The notes beneath the pieces were generated by a model. It was given only the letters and a program-made list of their open reading frames with translations, was not told where the DNA came from and ran no database searches. Below, piece after piece: positions 27,607-36,078 of a stretch of DNA of 64,000 bases. Positions within the stretch are counted from its first letter, which is position 1; each line of letters opens with the position of its first letter. This DNA comes from Planctomycetota bacterium (GTDB taxonomy: Bacteria; Planctomycetota; PLA2; JAEUHO01). The stretch is taken from assembly GCA_050248855.1 (NCBI GenBank), contig JBFWRP010000001.1:59134-123133 (forward strand). Reading direction: 5' to 3'. The position numbers and the translations under genes were made by a program.

Positions 27607-28823
27607 GCCGAGTCGTCCTCGGGGTCCACGGCGAGCAGCCAGCCGGCCAGGTAGCGACCGACCTCGCCATCGCCCGCGCGCGGGTGATCGGGCCCGGCCT
27701 CCAAGGAACGCAGCACGCGGAAGCTGCGGCGGCAGTCGCGCGCCGCGCTGCGGACCGTCTCCAGCAGCTCGGCGGCGCCCATCCGTGCACTGCAGACGAA
27801 CGTGGCGAGGACGCCGCCCCGAGCCGCGATGCGCCCGAGCGCCTTCACGTTGAGCTCGCGGTACGCCTTCCACGCCGCACGCGCCTCCCCGCGTCGCGGG
27901 AAGAAGCTCGGCGGGTCCACGACCACCACGTCGAACCGCCGCCGCTGGTCGCGCAGCAGGGCCAGCGCTTCGCGGACGTCCGCTACGTGGACCTCGAAAC
28001 GATCGGCGGCGTCCGCCAGGGCGGCGTGCTCGCGGGCGCGCGCCACGCTGCGCTCGCTTGCATCGACCGCGATGCTGCTGTCCGCACCCGCGCGGAGGGC
28101 CTGGACGGAGAAGCCTCCGGTGCCGGCGTAAAGGTCCAGCAGGGTGCGCCCCGCGCAAAGCTCGGCCACGCGCAGGCGGTTCTCGCGTTGGTCCACGAAG
28201 TGACCGGTCTTCTGGCCGACGCGGGGCTCCACGACCAGGCGCATCCCCGCCTCCACGACGTCCACGCGCTCGGGGCACGGCTCGCCCAGCGCGAAGGCGG
28301 GGCCGCCCTCGTCCGCGTCGAGGCCCTCCTCGGCTTCGTAGCCCGAGGGCCTCGACACCAAGCAGCGGGCTCCGCTCGCACGCAGGAGGTGTGCACCGAG
28401 CGCCTCGCGCCGCGCCGCCATGGGCGCCGTCGCCCACTGCGCGACGAGCACGTCACCGTAGCGGTCCACGACGAGCCCCGGCAGCCGGTCGCCTTCCGCG
28501 TGGACCAAGCGGTACGCGCTCGTGACGTCGGGATCGGGGAACAGCCGGGCCCGGAGCGCCACCGCGGCGTCGATGCGCGCGGCGAGCAGCGTGTCCACGT
28601 CCGGCCGGCTGGAGCCCCAGCAGAGGAGCCGCACGCGCAGCGCGCTGCCCGGGCTCTCCAGCCCGTAGCCGATGACGCGTCCCTCTTCGTCGTCGACGCG
28701 GACGACGTCGTCGTCGCCCGCGGCGTCGTCGTCGCGTGCGCCGACGACGCTCTGCGCATGCACCCACGGGTGTCCATGCCAAAGGGGACGGGCATGTCCA
28801 CGGCCCACGGTCAGGATGCGCAC
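27603..28823 (-). CDS. rlmI: Class I SAM-dependent rRNA methyltransferase (RlmI-like, PUA+MTase)
   Basis: SAM-binding motif LDLYAGTGGFS, motif IV DPPSF, and an N-terminal PUA-like domain. Confidence 0.75.
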   Translation of the reverse strand: MRILTVGRGHARPLWHGHPWVHAQSVVGARDDDAAGDDDVVRVDDEEGRVIGYGLESPGSALRVRLLCWGSSRPDVDTLLAARIDAAVALRARLFPDPDVTSAYRLVHAEGDRLPGLVVDRYGDVLVAQWATAPMAARREALGAHLLRASGARCLVSRPSGYEAEEGLDADEGGPAFALGEPCPERVDVVEAGMRLVVEPRVGQKTGHFVDQRENRLRVAELCAGRTLLDLYAGTGGFSVQALRAGADSSIAVDASERSVARAREHAALADAADRFEVHVADVREALALLRDQRRRFDVVVVDPPSFFPRRGEARAAWKAYRELNVKALGRIAARGGVLATFVCSARMGAAELLETVRSAARDCRRSFRVLRSLEAGPDHPRAGDGEVGRYLAGWLLAVDPEDDSA

Positions 28824-28833
28824 GGCTCGCTCC

Positions 28834-29931
28834 TCATCGCGACCGCCGCCGCCCGAAGCGGGATCGCCAGGTCGCCAGCCACGCGGCCTCCTCGGCCTCG
28901 AGCGAACGCCCGAGGAGGCCCTCGACGGAGCCGGGCGAGCGGCCCGCCAACAGCTCGCGGACGGCGACGAGAACGCGCGCGGTGCGCTCGGGGTCCTCGG
29001 CGGTGAGCAGCACGCTCATCCAGCTGGCGGTCTGGTCGTAGTGCCGGCCCTCGAAGTCGCGGGCCTCCCGCGCCACGAGGTCGCGAAGCGGGGCCCACTG
29101 CCCCATGAGCAGGCGGCGACGAAAGCGGCCGTAACGCGCGATGTTCGTGGGCCGCGATCCGCTGTCGCCGAGCTGCTCGGCGTGGATGGCGATCCCCTCC
29201 CACAGCCAGAACCACGGCTGGCCGAACGCTTGCCCCCGACGCCCCGGCGGTCGCGCGAGGTCCAGCAGCTGATGCGTCATCTCGTGCCGGAGGTCCGCGA
29301 CCCACGGCAGCGCCCCACGCGGCGCGGGCTCCGCGCACACGTTCACGATGCCCGTGGAGGCGTCGTAGAAGGCGCCCCACCCGACCGGCCCGGCCACGCG
29401 ATGGGCGAGGTGCAACGCGAACTCGTCGCGGTCGGCCATCAGCAACACGACGACCGCATCGGCGGGAAAGCGCAGGTCCAGCGCATCGCCCCACGCCTCG
29501 TACACGCGCACGACGTGCTGCTCGGCCTCGCGTGCGACCGCGAGCGCGAAGTCGTACGCGACGTTGGTCCTGAGGACGACGTGGTCCGTCCGCACGACGT
29601 AGCCTGCCTCGACGGGCGTCTCGGGCGGGAGCGGCTGCTCTCGCGGCACGAGGTCGGGACCGACGCGCACGAGGCCCTGCGCGTACGCCTCCGCGTCGTC
29701 GCGAGCCACGTAGTGGAGGTCGTCCACGCGCACCCATCCCGCCTCCAACGGATCGGGAGCGGCACGTGCTGGCAGGCGCTCGCCCTCGGCCCGCCACGCC
29801 GGAAGACCCGGCGACACGCGGTCGGGGTGCAGACGGCCGAGCGGAAGGCCTCGGCAGCCCCCGGCAGCCAGCACGAGCAGCCACGCACCAAGTAGTGCGC
29901 GGCGCCAGACGGAGAGCAGGATCGCAGGCAC
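28834..29931 (-). CDS. Putative zinc metallopeptidase lipoprotein (HExxH; DUF1570-like)
   Basis: Lipoprotein signal LLVLAAGGC and an HEMTH zinc-binding motif. GTG start at 29931 is preferred. A longer ATG start at 30015 would share a CATG palindrome with the smpB start. Confidence 0.6.
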   Translation of the reverse strand: MPAILLSVWRRALLGAWLLVLAAGGCRGLPLGRLHPDRVSPGLPAWRAEGERLPARAAPDPLEAGWVRVDDLHYVARDDAEAYAQGLVRVGPDLVPREQPLPPETPVEAGYVVRTDHVVLRTNVAYDFALAVAREAEQHVVRVYEAWGDALDLRFPADAVVVLLMADRDEFALHLAHRVAGPVGWGAFYDASTGIVNVCAEPAPRGALPWVADLRHEMTHQLLDLARPPGRRGQAFGQPWFWLWEGIAIHAEQLGDSGSRPTNIARYGRFRRRLLMGQWAPLRDLVAREARDFEGRHYDQTASWMSVLLTAEDPERTARVLVAVRELLAGRSPGSVEGLLGRSLEAEEAAWLATWRSRFGRRRSR

Positions 29932-30013
29932 GAGCGGACGAGTCTCGCCCGATCCCGCGGTCGGGCCGCTGTTTCGTCCGCGCCCAGGCCCAAGGCCGTA
30001 CGATCTGCCGCCC

Positions 30014-30538
30014 ATGCCGGCCCGGCGCCCCCCCTCCCCCTCCGGTCGCGAGCGCCGGGCTGCCGACGCCGGAGGCGCCAAGGCGCCGAAGAAGGTCCTC
30101 CTCGCGACCAACCGCAAGGCGCGTCACACCTACGCGATCTCGCAGACGCTGGAGGCGGGCCTGGTGCTGCTGGGCAGCGAAGTGCGCTCGCTGCGCAATG
30201 GCCGCGCCAGCATTGCCGAGGGGTACGCGCAGCTCCGCGGCCAGGAGCTGTGGTTGCTCGGGATCCACATCCCGCCGCTGCCGCAGGCGGCCGGCTTCGG
30301 TCACGAGCCGCTGCGGCCGCGTCTGTGCCTCTTGCACAAGGCCGAGCTGCGCAAGTGGCACCGCCTGCTCGAGGCGCCGGGGACCACCGTGGTTCCGCTC
30401 TCGCTGTACTTCCTCGGGAGCAAGATCAAGGTCGAGCTGGGCTTGGCGACCGGTCGCGGCAAGGGGGACCGCCGCGAGCGCGAGAAGGAGAAGGAGGCGC
30501 GGCGCGAGATCCGCGACGCCAGCCGCCGGGACCGCTGA
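30014..30538 (+). CDS. smpB: SsrA-binding protein
   Basis: KVLLATNRKARHTYAI...GSEVRSLR...AWLLGIHIPP...HEPLRPRLCLLHK...LYFLGSKIKVELGLA closely follows the SmpB consensus. Start is uncertain, with a possible 20-aa N-terminal extension. Confidence 0.85.
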   Translation: MPARRPPSPSGRERRAADAGGAKAPKKVLLATNRKARHTYAISQTLEAGLVLLGSEVRSLRNGRASIAEGYAQLRGQELWLLGIHIPPLPQAAGFGHEPLRPRLCLLHKAELRKWHRLLEAPGTTVVPLSLYFLGSKIKVELGLATGRGKGDRREREKEKEARREIRDASRRDR

Positions 30539-30588
30539 CGCACCGACCGTCCCGCCTCCTGCAGAATGCGCCCAGGTTCCGTCGTCGT

Positions 30589-32097
30589 ATGCGCCGAAAG
30601 GTGTACGAGCGTCCCCGTCCCGCCATGACCCTGACACCGCGCTATCGCCTGGGCCTCGCCCTGCTCGCCGCCCTCGCGGTGACGGACCTCTTCGTGTGGC
30701 TGTTCGTGCTGCCGGCCCGCCGCGGAAGCGCGGTGGCCGCGTCCGACACGCGCTTTGCCGCTTGGGAGCCCGAGGCGCCCCCCGACGAGCCCCTACCGGG
30801 GGCCGCGACCGCCGCCGGCTCGGGCCTGCGCGGCAGCGGGGACGGTCGCCCGGCCTCCTCGCGTCCCGCCGACCGGGACGGCGGCCCGGCGCCGCGCATG
30901 GAGCTGGTCGGCGCGCGCGTGGAGCTTCGTGCTGCGCTGGGTCGCCAGCCGACGGACTGGAACCGGATCCGCGAGGTGCTCGCGGCTCGCCCCGACGCGC
31001 TCGACGACGAGCTCGTGGAGACGCTGCTCGAGCGCTTCGAGGAGGCACCGCTGGGGCGCGGACTGGTCGAAGCCTTCGCCGAGGCGCGCCATCCGAAGCT
31101 GTTCGACGAGCTGCTGGCGATCGCCGAGGAGCAGCTCGGCCGCGGCACGCTCGGCCAGATGGCCCTCGAGGCCCTCGGGGCCCTTCCCGACGTCGATCCT
31201 TCGCGCGCCGTCGATGCGATCGCGCCCCACTTGGGGGATGACCCCCGCGAGGACGCCCCCTGGCTGACCGCGCTCGCGCGCCTGGGCGGAGAGCCGGGGC
31301 TCGCCACGCTCGTGCAGTACCTGGCCCGTAGCGACCATCCGGAGCGCATTCCCCAGAGCGCGGTGCAGGGGCTTCGCGTCGCGGACCGCGCGGCGGCCGG
31401 GCGCGTGTTGGCGGAGGCGTTCGAAGCCGCGCGCTCGGACGACGAGCGCGCCGTGCTTGCTCTCGTGGCCGGTGCCGTGAAGGCCGAAGGGCTCGAGCCC
31501 CGCCTGGTGGAGCTGCTGACCTCGACGGAGCAGGCCCACGTCGCAACGAACAGCGCACGCGCCCTGGCCGAGCAGCGGACCGCATCTGCCGTGGACGCCC
31601 TGGTCCGCGTGGGGCGATCCGACGGACCTGGCGCGCCGCAAGCGCGCTCCGCCCTGAACCAGATGCGCGGTGGCGAGATCGAACCCGATGCGCTGGATCG
31701 CCTGCGCGATCTGCTGCGCGAGGATGCGCCGTCGGCCACCACGATCATGGTCCAAGGCATCGCCATGGGGGTCCTCGGTGCGCAAGGCGACCTCTCGTCC
31801 CTGCCCCTCGTGGGCGAGCGCGTGGCCGCCGACGACGAAGCCGTGGCCGCTCCGGCCATCACGGCACTCGGGGCCTATGGGGCGCACGCGCGCGGCGAGG
31901 TCGGCCGCCTCGTGGCGCGCTTCGATCGCTCGTCCGCGCCGGTGCAGGCCTCGATCGTGCAGGCCCTCGGGCGGATCGGAGGCGGAGACGCCGTCGAGGC
32001 GCTGCGCGGCTGGAGCGAGTCCAGCTCCACCCCTGCAACCCTGCGCAACCACATCCTGCATGCCTTGCGCGGAGCGCGTACGGTCGGCGGGCCGTAG
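30589..32097 (+). CDS. Membrane-anchored HEAT-repeat protein
   Basis: N-terminal TM helix (LGLALLAALAVTDLFVWLFVL), then repeated HEAT-like helical units. Alternative start near 30625. Confidence 0.55.
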   Translation: MRRKVYERPRPAMTLTPRYRLGLALLAALAVTDLFVWLFVLPARRGSAVAASDTRFAAWEPEAPPDEPLPGAATAAGSGLRGSGDGRPASSRPADRDGGPAPRMELVGARVELRAALGRQPTDWNRIREVLAARPDALDDELVETLLERFEEAPLGRGLVEAFAEARHPKLFDELLAIAEEQLGRGTLGQMALEALGALPDVDPSRAVDAIAPHLGDDPREDAPWLTALARLGGEPGLATLVQYLARSDHPERIPQSAVQGLRVADRAAAGRVLAEAFEAARSDDERAVLALVAGAVKAEGLEPRLVELLTSTEQAHVATNSARALAEQRTASAVDALVRVGRSDGPGAPQARSALNQMRGGEIEPDALDRLRDLLREDAPSATTIMVQGIAMGVLGAQGDLSSLPLVGERVAADDEAVAAPAITALGAYGAHARGEVGRLVARFDRSSAPVQASIVQALGRIGGGDAVEALRGWSESSSTPATLRNHILHALRGARTVGGP

Positions 32098-32121
32098 AGG
32101 CCGACGCCGCGGCGCACGGAC

Positions 32122-32442
32122 CTAGGGGAGGGGCCGGAAGTGCGGGAAGCGGCGCGTGGACTCGGCGAGGTCGGCGAGCGGGGGGAAATCGGCGACCTCC
32201 CCCATCTCGTTCCAGAGCGCCCCGACGACGGGGTGCTCATGGGCCTTCTGCGCCGCGTCGGCGTCCTTCCATTCGAAGATCTCGAGGATGGCGCCGTCGC
32301 TGCTGCGCGCCAACACGAACGGTCGATCGGTCACGAGCCCCGCCGCGACCAACGCGGGGCGGTGGCGCGCGACGAGGGCGTCCAGCGCGGCCTCGCGGCC
32401 ACGGCGCGGACGGTAGATGGCGATGACGATCTCGCTTCCCAT
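32122..32442 (-). CDS. ABM/Dabb-family small monooxygenase-like protein
   Basis: A 106-aa protein. IEIFEWKD...AHEHP fits the antibiotic-biosynthesis-monooxygenase fold. Confidence 0.5.
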   Translation of the reverse strand: MGSEIVIAIYRPRRGREAALDALVARHRPALVAAGLVTDRPFVLARSSDGAILEIFEWKDADAAQKAHEHPVVGALWNEMGEVADFPPLADLAESTRRFPHFRPLP

Positions 32443-32522
32443 GGGGTCGGGATGATACTCGACGGCGCCATGGCCTCCCGCTTCCGCGTTCGCGTCCCCA
32501 CCCGCCTCGGCCGAGCCTCGCC

Positions 32523-33314
32523 GTGAAGCGTGTCGTGGGCATCGACGTGGTCGAGGACCGCACCGACGGCGCGCGCTGCGACGAGGGCTTCCTGCACCTG
32601 CGCCGCCTGCGTCTTGCCAACGTCTACGCCGACGGCACCCGCTCGGCGCCCTACGCCTGCGACGTCGTGACGCGGCGCCATGCCGACGCGGTCGCCGTGG
32701 CGCTCTACGACCACGACTCGGCGGGCCAGGTCCTCGTGTTGCTCCGCGCGGGCCTCAGGCCGCCGGTCGCGCTGCGCGGGAAGCGCCACGATCTCGTCCA
32801 GCCGGACCCGCGGACCTGGTTGCTGGTGCCGGAGGTCGTGGCGGGTGTCCTGGAAGACGACGACCGGGGCGCCGACGGCTTGCTCCGCCGCGCCCGCCTG
32901 GAGATCGCGGAAGAGGCTGGCCTCGACGTGCCGTTGGAGGCCATCGCCGTCCTGGGAGGGGCCTTCTTCCCCATGCCCGGAGCCGCCGAGGAGCGCGTCC
33001 ACGTCGTGGCGGCGCCGTTCGACGCCGCGGCCCCGCGTGCGCCGACGGGTGACGGCAGTCCCATGGAGGAGGGCGGCCAGCTCATCGTGCTGCCGCTGGA
33101 CGAAGCGATCCGCCGCTGTCGGCGCGGTGACGTGCCGGACGCGAAGAGCGAGATCGCGCTGCTGCGCCTGGCCGACCGCCTGGGCTACAGCGTGCACCAC
33201 GGCCGACGCTGGTCGGACCTTCCCGCGGATGCGCAGCCCTCGGCAAGTCGGTGTGCGTGGCTGCTCGGCGACGACGTCAGGCAAACAGGTCCAGCTGCCC
33301 CGTCGGAAGCGTGA
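32523..33314 (+). CDS. NUDIX hydrolase
   Basis: Nudix-box-like RLEIAEEAGL. GTG start. Its 3' end overlaps the convergent DUF72 gene by about 38 nt. Confidence 0.6.
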   Translation: MKRVVGIDVVEDRTDGARCDEGFLHLRRLRLANVYADGTRSAPYACDVVTRRHADAVAVALYDHDSAGQVLVLLRAGLRPPVALRGKRHDLVQPDPRTWLLVPEVVAGVLEDDDRGADGLLRRARLEIAEEAGLDVPLEAIAVLGGAFFPMPGAAEERVHVVAAPFDAAAPRAPTGDGSPMEEGGQLIVLPLDEAIRRCRRGDVPDAKSEIALLRLADRLGYSVHHGRRWSDLPADAQPSASRCAWLLGDDVRQTGPAAPSEA

Positions 33315-34203
33315 TGGCGGCCAGCTCGGGGTAGTGCCGGACGAGGCTGGCCGGGACGGGGCGCTTCCTGCCGTCCGTCCGGAACGCCAGCTGCAACGAC
33401 GCGGCGATCGCCTGGCCCCGCGGGTGGTTGTTGGCGATCACGACGGTCCGTTCGCTCGACGCCGCGATGGCTCGGATGCGCGTGGCAAGCGCGTCGAGCG
33501 ACGACGCGTCGTAGTGGTGGTCGTAGCGTGCGTCGCGACCGATGCCCGGCGTGAACCACGTGCGGTCGTTGCGACCATGGAGGCGCAGGTACCCCCAGGT
33601 CCCGAACCCGGGGGTGTCGTCGGGCAGGTGGTCCGGGGAGGCCGGCCAGTCCAGATGGACCCGGGAAGCCCCCGTGGCCGCGAGCGCCTCGAGCACGTCG
33701 GGCTCGGCATGGCTTGCGTGTCGAAGCTCCAAGGCCACGGCGTGGGGCGCGAGGGCGTCGACGAGGTGGCGCAGGCGATCCACCTGCTGGCGCGTCGCGC
33801 GCGCGTGGGCGGGCAGCTGGACCAGGACGCCCGCCAGTCGTCCGATGGCGGCGAGCGGCGTCAACGACGCCACGAAGGGGGCCAGGTCCCGGGGCGTGAC
33901 GCCGGCACCCTCGTGGGAGACGTCCCGCGGCGCCTTGACGACGACGATCAGCCGGGGGTGGCGCGCCACGACCTCGGCCCAGCGGGCCACGACCTCGACC
34001 GGGACCGGGCGGTAGAAGGTCACGTTGACCTCGATCGCATCCACCAGACGGGCGACGGCGTCCAGCAACGGGGGCCCGCTGCGCAGCGTCGCCGGGTGCA
34101 CGATGCCGGCCCAGTCCGGATAGGACCACCCGGCGACGCCGACGTGGAGCGCGGCGCGCAGGGAGGCGGGAAACGTCGTCGCAGATGGCCGGTCCACGCC
34201 CAC
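33277..34203 (-). CDS. DUF72 (YecE/UPF0759) family protein
   Basis: GWSYPDW N-terminal motif and FYR motif. The true start is probably downstream of 34203, because the first about 14 codons overlie the palindromic element. Confidence 0.7.
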   Translation of the reverse strand: MGVDRPSATTFPASLRAALHVGVAGWSYPDWAGIVHPATLRSGPPLLDAVARLVDAIEVNVTFYRPVPVEVVARWAEVVARHPRLIVVVKAPRDVSHEGAGVTPRDLAPFVASLTPLAAIGRLAGVLVQLPAHARATRQQVDRLRHLVDALAPHAVALELRHASHAEPDVLEALAATGASRVHLDWPASPDHLPDDTPGFGTWGYLRLHGRNDRTWFTPGIGRDARYDHHYDASSLDALATRIRAIAASSERTVVIANNHPRGQAIAASLQLAFRTDGRKRPVPASLVRHYPELAAITLPTGQLDLFA

Positions 34204-34255
34204 CAGGGAACGGGCCCCAGGCGCGGCTGCAACAAGATTTCCCGCCTCCGTACCG
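34160..34255. repeat. About 100-bp palindromic element, copy 2
   Basis: GGGAGGCGGGAAA...(about 60 nt)...CTGCAACAAGATTTCCCGCCTCCGTACC. The right arm is 28/28 identical to 25829..25856. Confidence 0.7.
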
Positions 34256-34355
34256 CGTCCGTACCGCGTTCGGGGTCCAAGGCCCGGTTCCGCTTGCCTT
34301 GGGCGGCGGTGCCAGCCGATGGTGAAGCGCGGCTGCCTCGCGGCAGCGCTCGACC

Positions 34356-35510
34356 ATGGGCCCCTCCCGCACCCCCACCGCGTGGCATGTCGCCGCGATC
34401 GACGACCTGGACACGCTGGCGGCCTGGGGCCCGGCGTGGGACGACCTCGCCCTGCGTACGCGACCGGCGCAGCCGACGCTCTCCTACAGCTGGGTCCGCG
34501 CCCAGCTGGAGCACCTCCAGCCGGCCGGCACGCCGTGGTGCGTCACGTTCGCAAGCCGCGGTACGCGCGTCGTGGGTGTGTTGCCGTTGGTCCGCGCCGC
34601 CGGAGCGCGGGGAGTCGGCCGCTGGCTCCCCGTCCTGCGCTCCCTGGCCGACGACCACACACCCATCGCAGGACCGCTGCTGGGCGAGGTCGACGACCCG
34701 CACCATGTGCTGGAGCTGCTCGTCCGGGCCCACTTCCAGCGCCGCCCCCATCCCGCTTCCATCGTGCTCGAGGGTCTCACGGCGTGGTCGCCGGCCTCGA
34801 TCGCCTTGCGCGAGGGGCTCCCACCGTGGCGCGTCCAGCGCTTTGCCGACGTCGCCGAGGGCAGCACGGTCGACGCGCGCGTGCCCTACGCCGAGCACCT
34901 CGCGGCGCTGAGCGGCAACGCGCGCTCCCAGCTGCGCCGGGCGGCCAAGGCGATCGGCCGGCAGGGTCGCCTGCGCTTCGAGATCGAAGACGGTCGCGAA
35001 CGCTTCGCGGAGCGCTTCGAGGCGTACAAGGCGCTGGAAGCCAGCGGCTGGAAGGGGCGTGCCGGAACCGCGCTCGCCCATCGTCCGCGCGACGAGGCCT
35101 TCTTCCGCGCGCTCTACGGCCGTCTCGCGAATGCGGGCCACCTGCGCTGGCACCTGCTGTCGGCCGGTGAGCAGCCCGTGGCCATGGAGGTCATCGTGCG
35201 CTTCGGACGCCGCGTCGTCGTGCACAAGGTCGCCTACGACGAGATGTGGCGTTCTTCGAGCCCGGGCCACGTCGTGTGGTCCCACACGTTGGAGGCCGCC
35301 TGCGAGGACCCCGGCATCCGCACCGTGGACCTGCTCACCTACGACTCCCTGGCCGATCGCTGGAAGGCCGTGCCCTACCCGTACGACCGGGTCCTGATCC
35401 ACCGCACGGGACTCGTGCCCCTGCTCTTCGCGCACGCGCCCTCCAAGGCGCGTGCCGCGGTCCGCCGCTGGAGCGAACGTTGGCGCGAGCGCCAGGGGAA
35501 CGTGACGTGA
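34356..35510 (+). CDS. GNAT-fold acyltransferase, CelD/FemAB-like
   Basis: A protein of about 380 aa with BioF2/CelD-like acetyltransferase signatures in its C-terminal half. Confidence 0.5.
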   Translation: MGPSRTPTAWHVAAIDDLDTLAAWGPAWDDLALRTRPAQPTLSYSWVRAQLEHLQPAGTPWCVTFASRGTRVVGVLPLVRAAGARGVGRWLPVLRSLADDHTPIAGPLLGEVDDPHHVLELLVRAHFQRRPHPASIVLEGLTAWSPASIALREGLPPWRVQRFADVAEGSTVDARVPYAEHLAALSGNARSQLRRAAKAIGRQGRLRFEIEDGRERFAERFEAYKALEASGWKGRAGTALAHRPRDEAFFRALYGRLANAGHLRWHLLSAGEQPVAMEVIVRFGRRVVVHKVAYDEMWRSSSPGHVVWSHTLEAACEDPGIRTVDLLTYDSLADRWKAVPYPYDRVLIHRTGLVPLLFAHAPSKARAAVRRWSERWRERQGNVT

Positions 35511-35523
35511 TGCCGCGCGGCCG

Positions 35524-36078
35524 TCAGACGGCCCGGACTTCGAGCACCTCGGGAATCGTCTGGCGCAGGCGCGCCTCGATGCCCTGCTTGAGCGTGGCGA
35601 GCGACGAGGGGCAGCCCGCGCAGCTGCCCTTCATCCGCAGGTAGACGACGCCGTCGTCGAAGCGGTCGAACACGATGTCGCCGCCGTCACGGGCCACGGC
35701 GGGGCGGATCTGCGCGTCGAGGATCTCGATGACCTGCTGCGCCACGTCGTCGTAGTCGCCCGCGTGATCGCGGTCGGCCCAGGCGCTGGTCACCACCTCC
35801 ACGCCTTGCTCGAGCCAGGCGGGCAGGTCGCGCAGGACCGCGGCATGCACGTCCCCCATCACCGCGGGGTCGGAGACGGTCAGCGTGACGAAGTCGCGCC
35901 CGATCATCACCGCCGTGACGCCGCGGATGCCCAAGAGGCGCGCCCCCAGGGGCGACAGCGGCTCGGCCTCCGCCGCGCTGTCGAACGAGGCCGCACCGCG
36001 CTCGAGCAGGGGCCGCGAGACGGTGTACTTGAGCGTGTCGGGGTTGGGCGTGAACTCGAGCTGCACGTGGACGGTCAT
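35524..36078 (-). CDS. Nfu/NifU-type Fe-S cluster scaffold/carrier protein
   Basis: Nfu N-domain plus a NifU C-domain with the GSCAGCPSS CxxC motif. Start MTVHVQLEF at 36078 overlaps the acnA stop (ATGA). Confidence 0.8.
   Translation of the reverse strand: MTVHVQLEFTPNPDTLKYTVSRPLLERGAASFDSAAEAEPLSPLGARLLGIRGVTAVMIGRDFVTLTVSDPAVMGDVHAAVLRDLPAWLEQGVEVVTSAWADRDHAGDYDDVAQQVIEILDAQIRPAVARDGGDIVFDRFDDGVVYLRMKGSCAGCPSSLATLKQGIEARLRQTIPEVLEVRAV

Noticed and set aside
30014-30079. N-terminal 20 residues of SmpB as a distinct feature
   Set aside because: No alternative in-frame ATG, GTG or TTG exists between 30014 and the conserved KKVLLATN segment, so the extension is kept, with an uncertain start.
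25756-34255. Possible genomic island bounded by the two identical 28-nt repeat arms
   Set aside because: No integrase, recombinase or compositional shift. The block contains core genes (ssrA, rlmI-like, smpB, NUDIX). The repeats are better explained as copies of a small palindromic element family.
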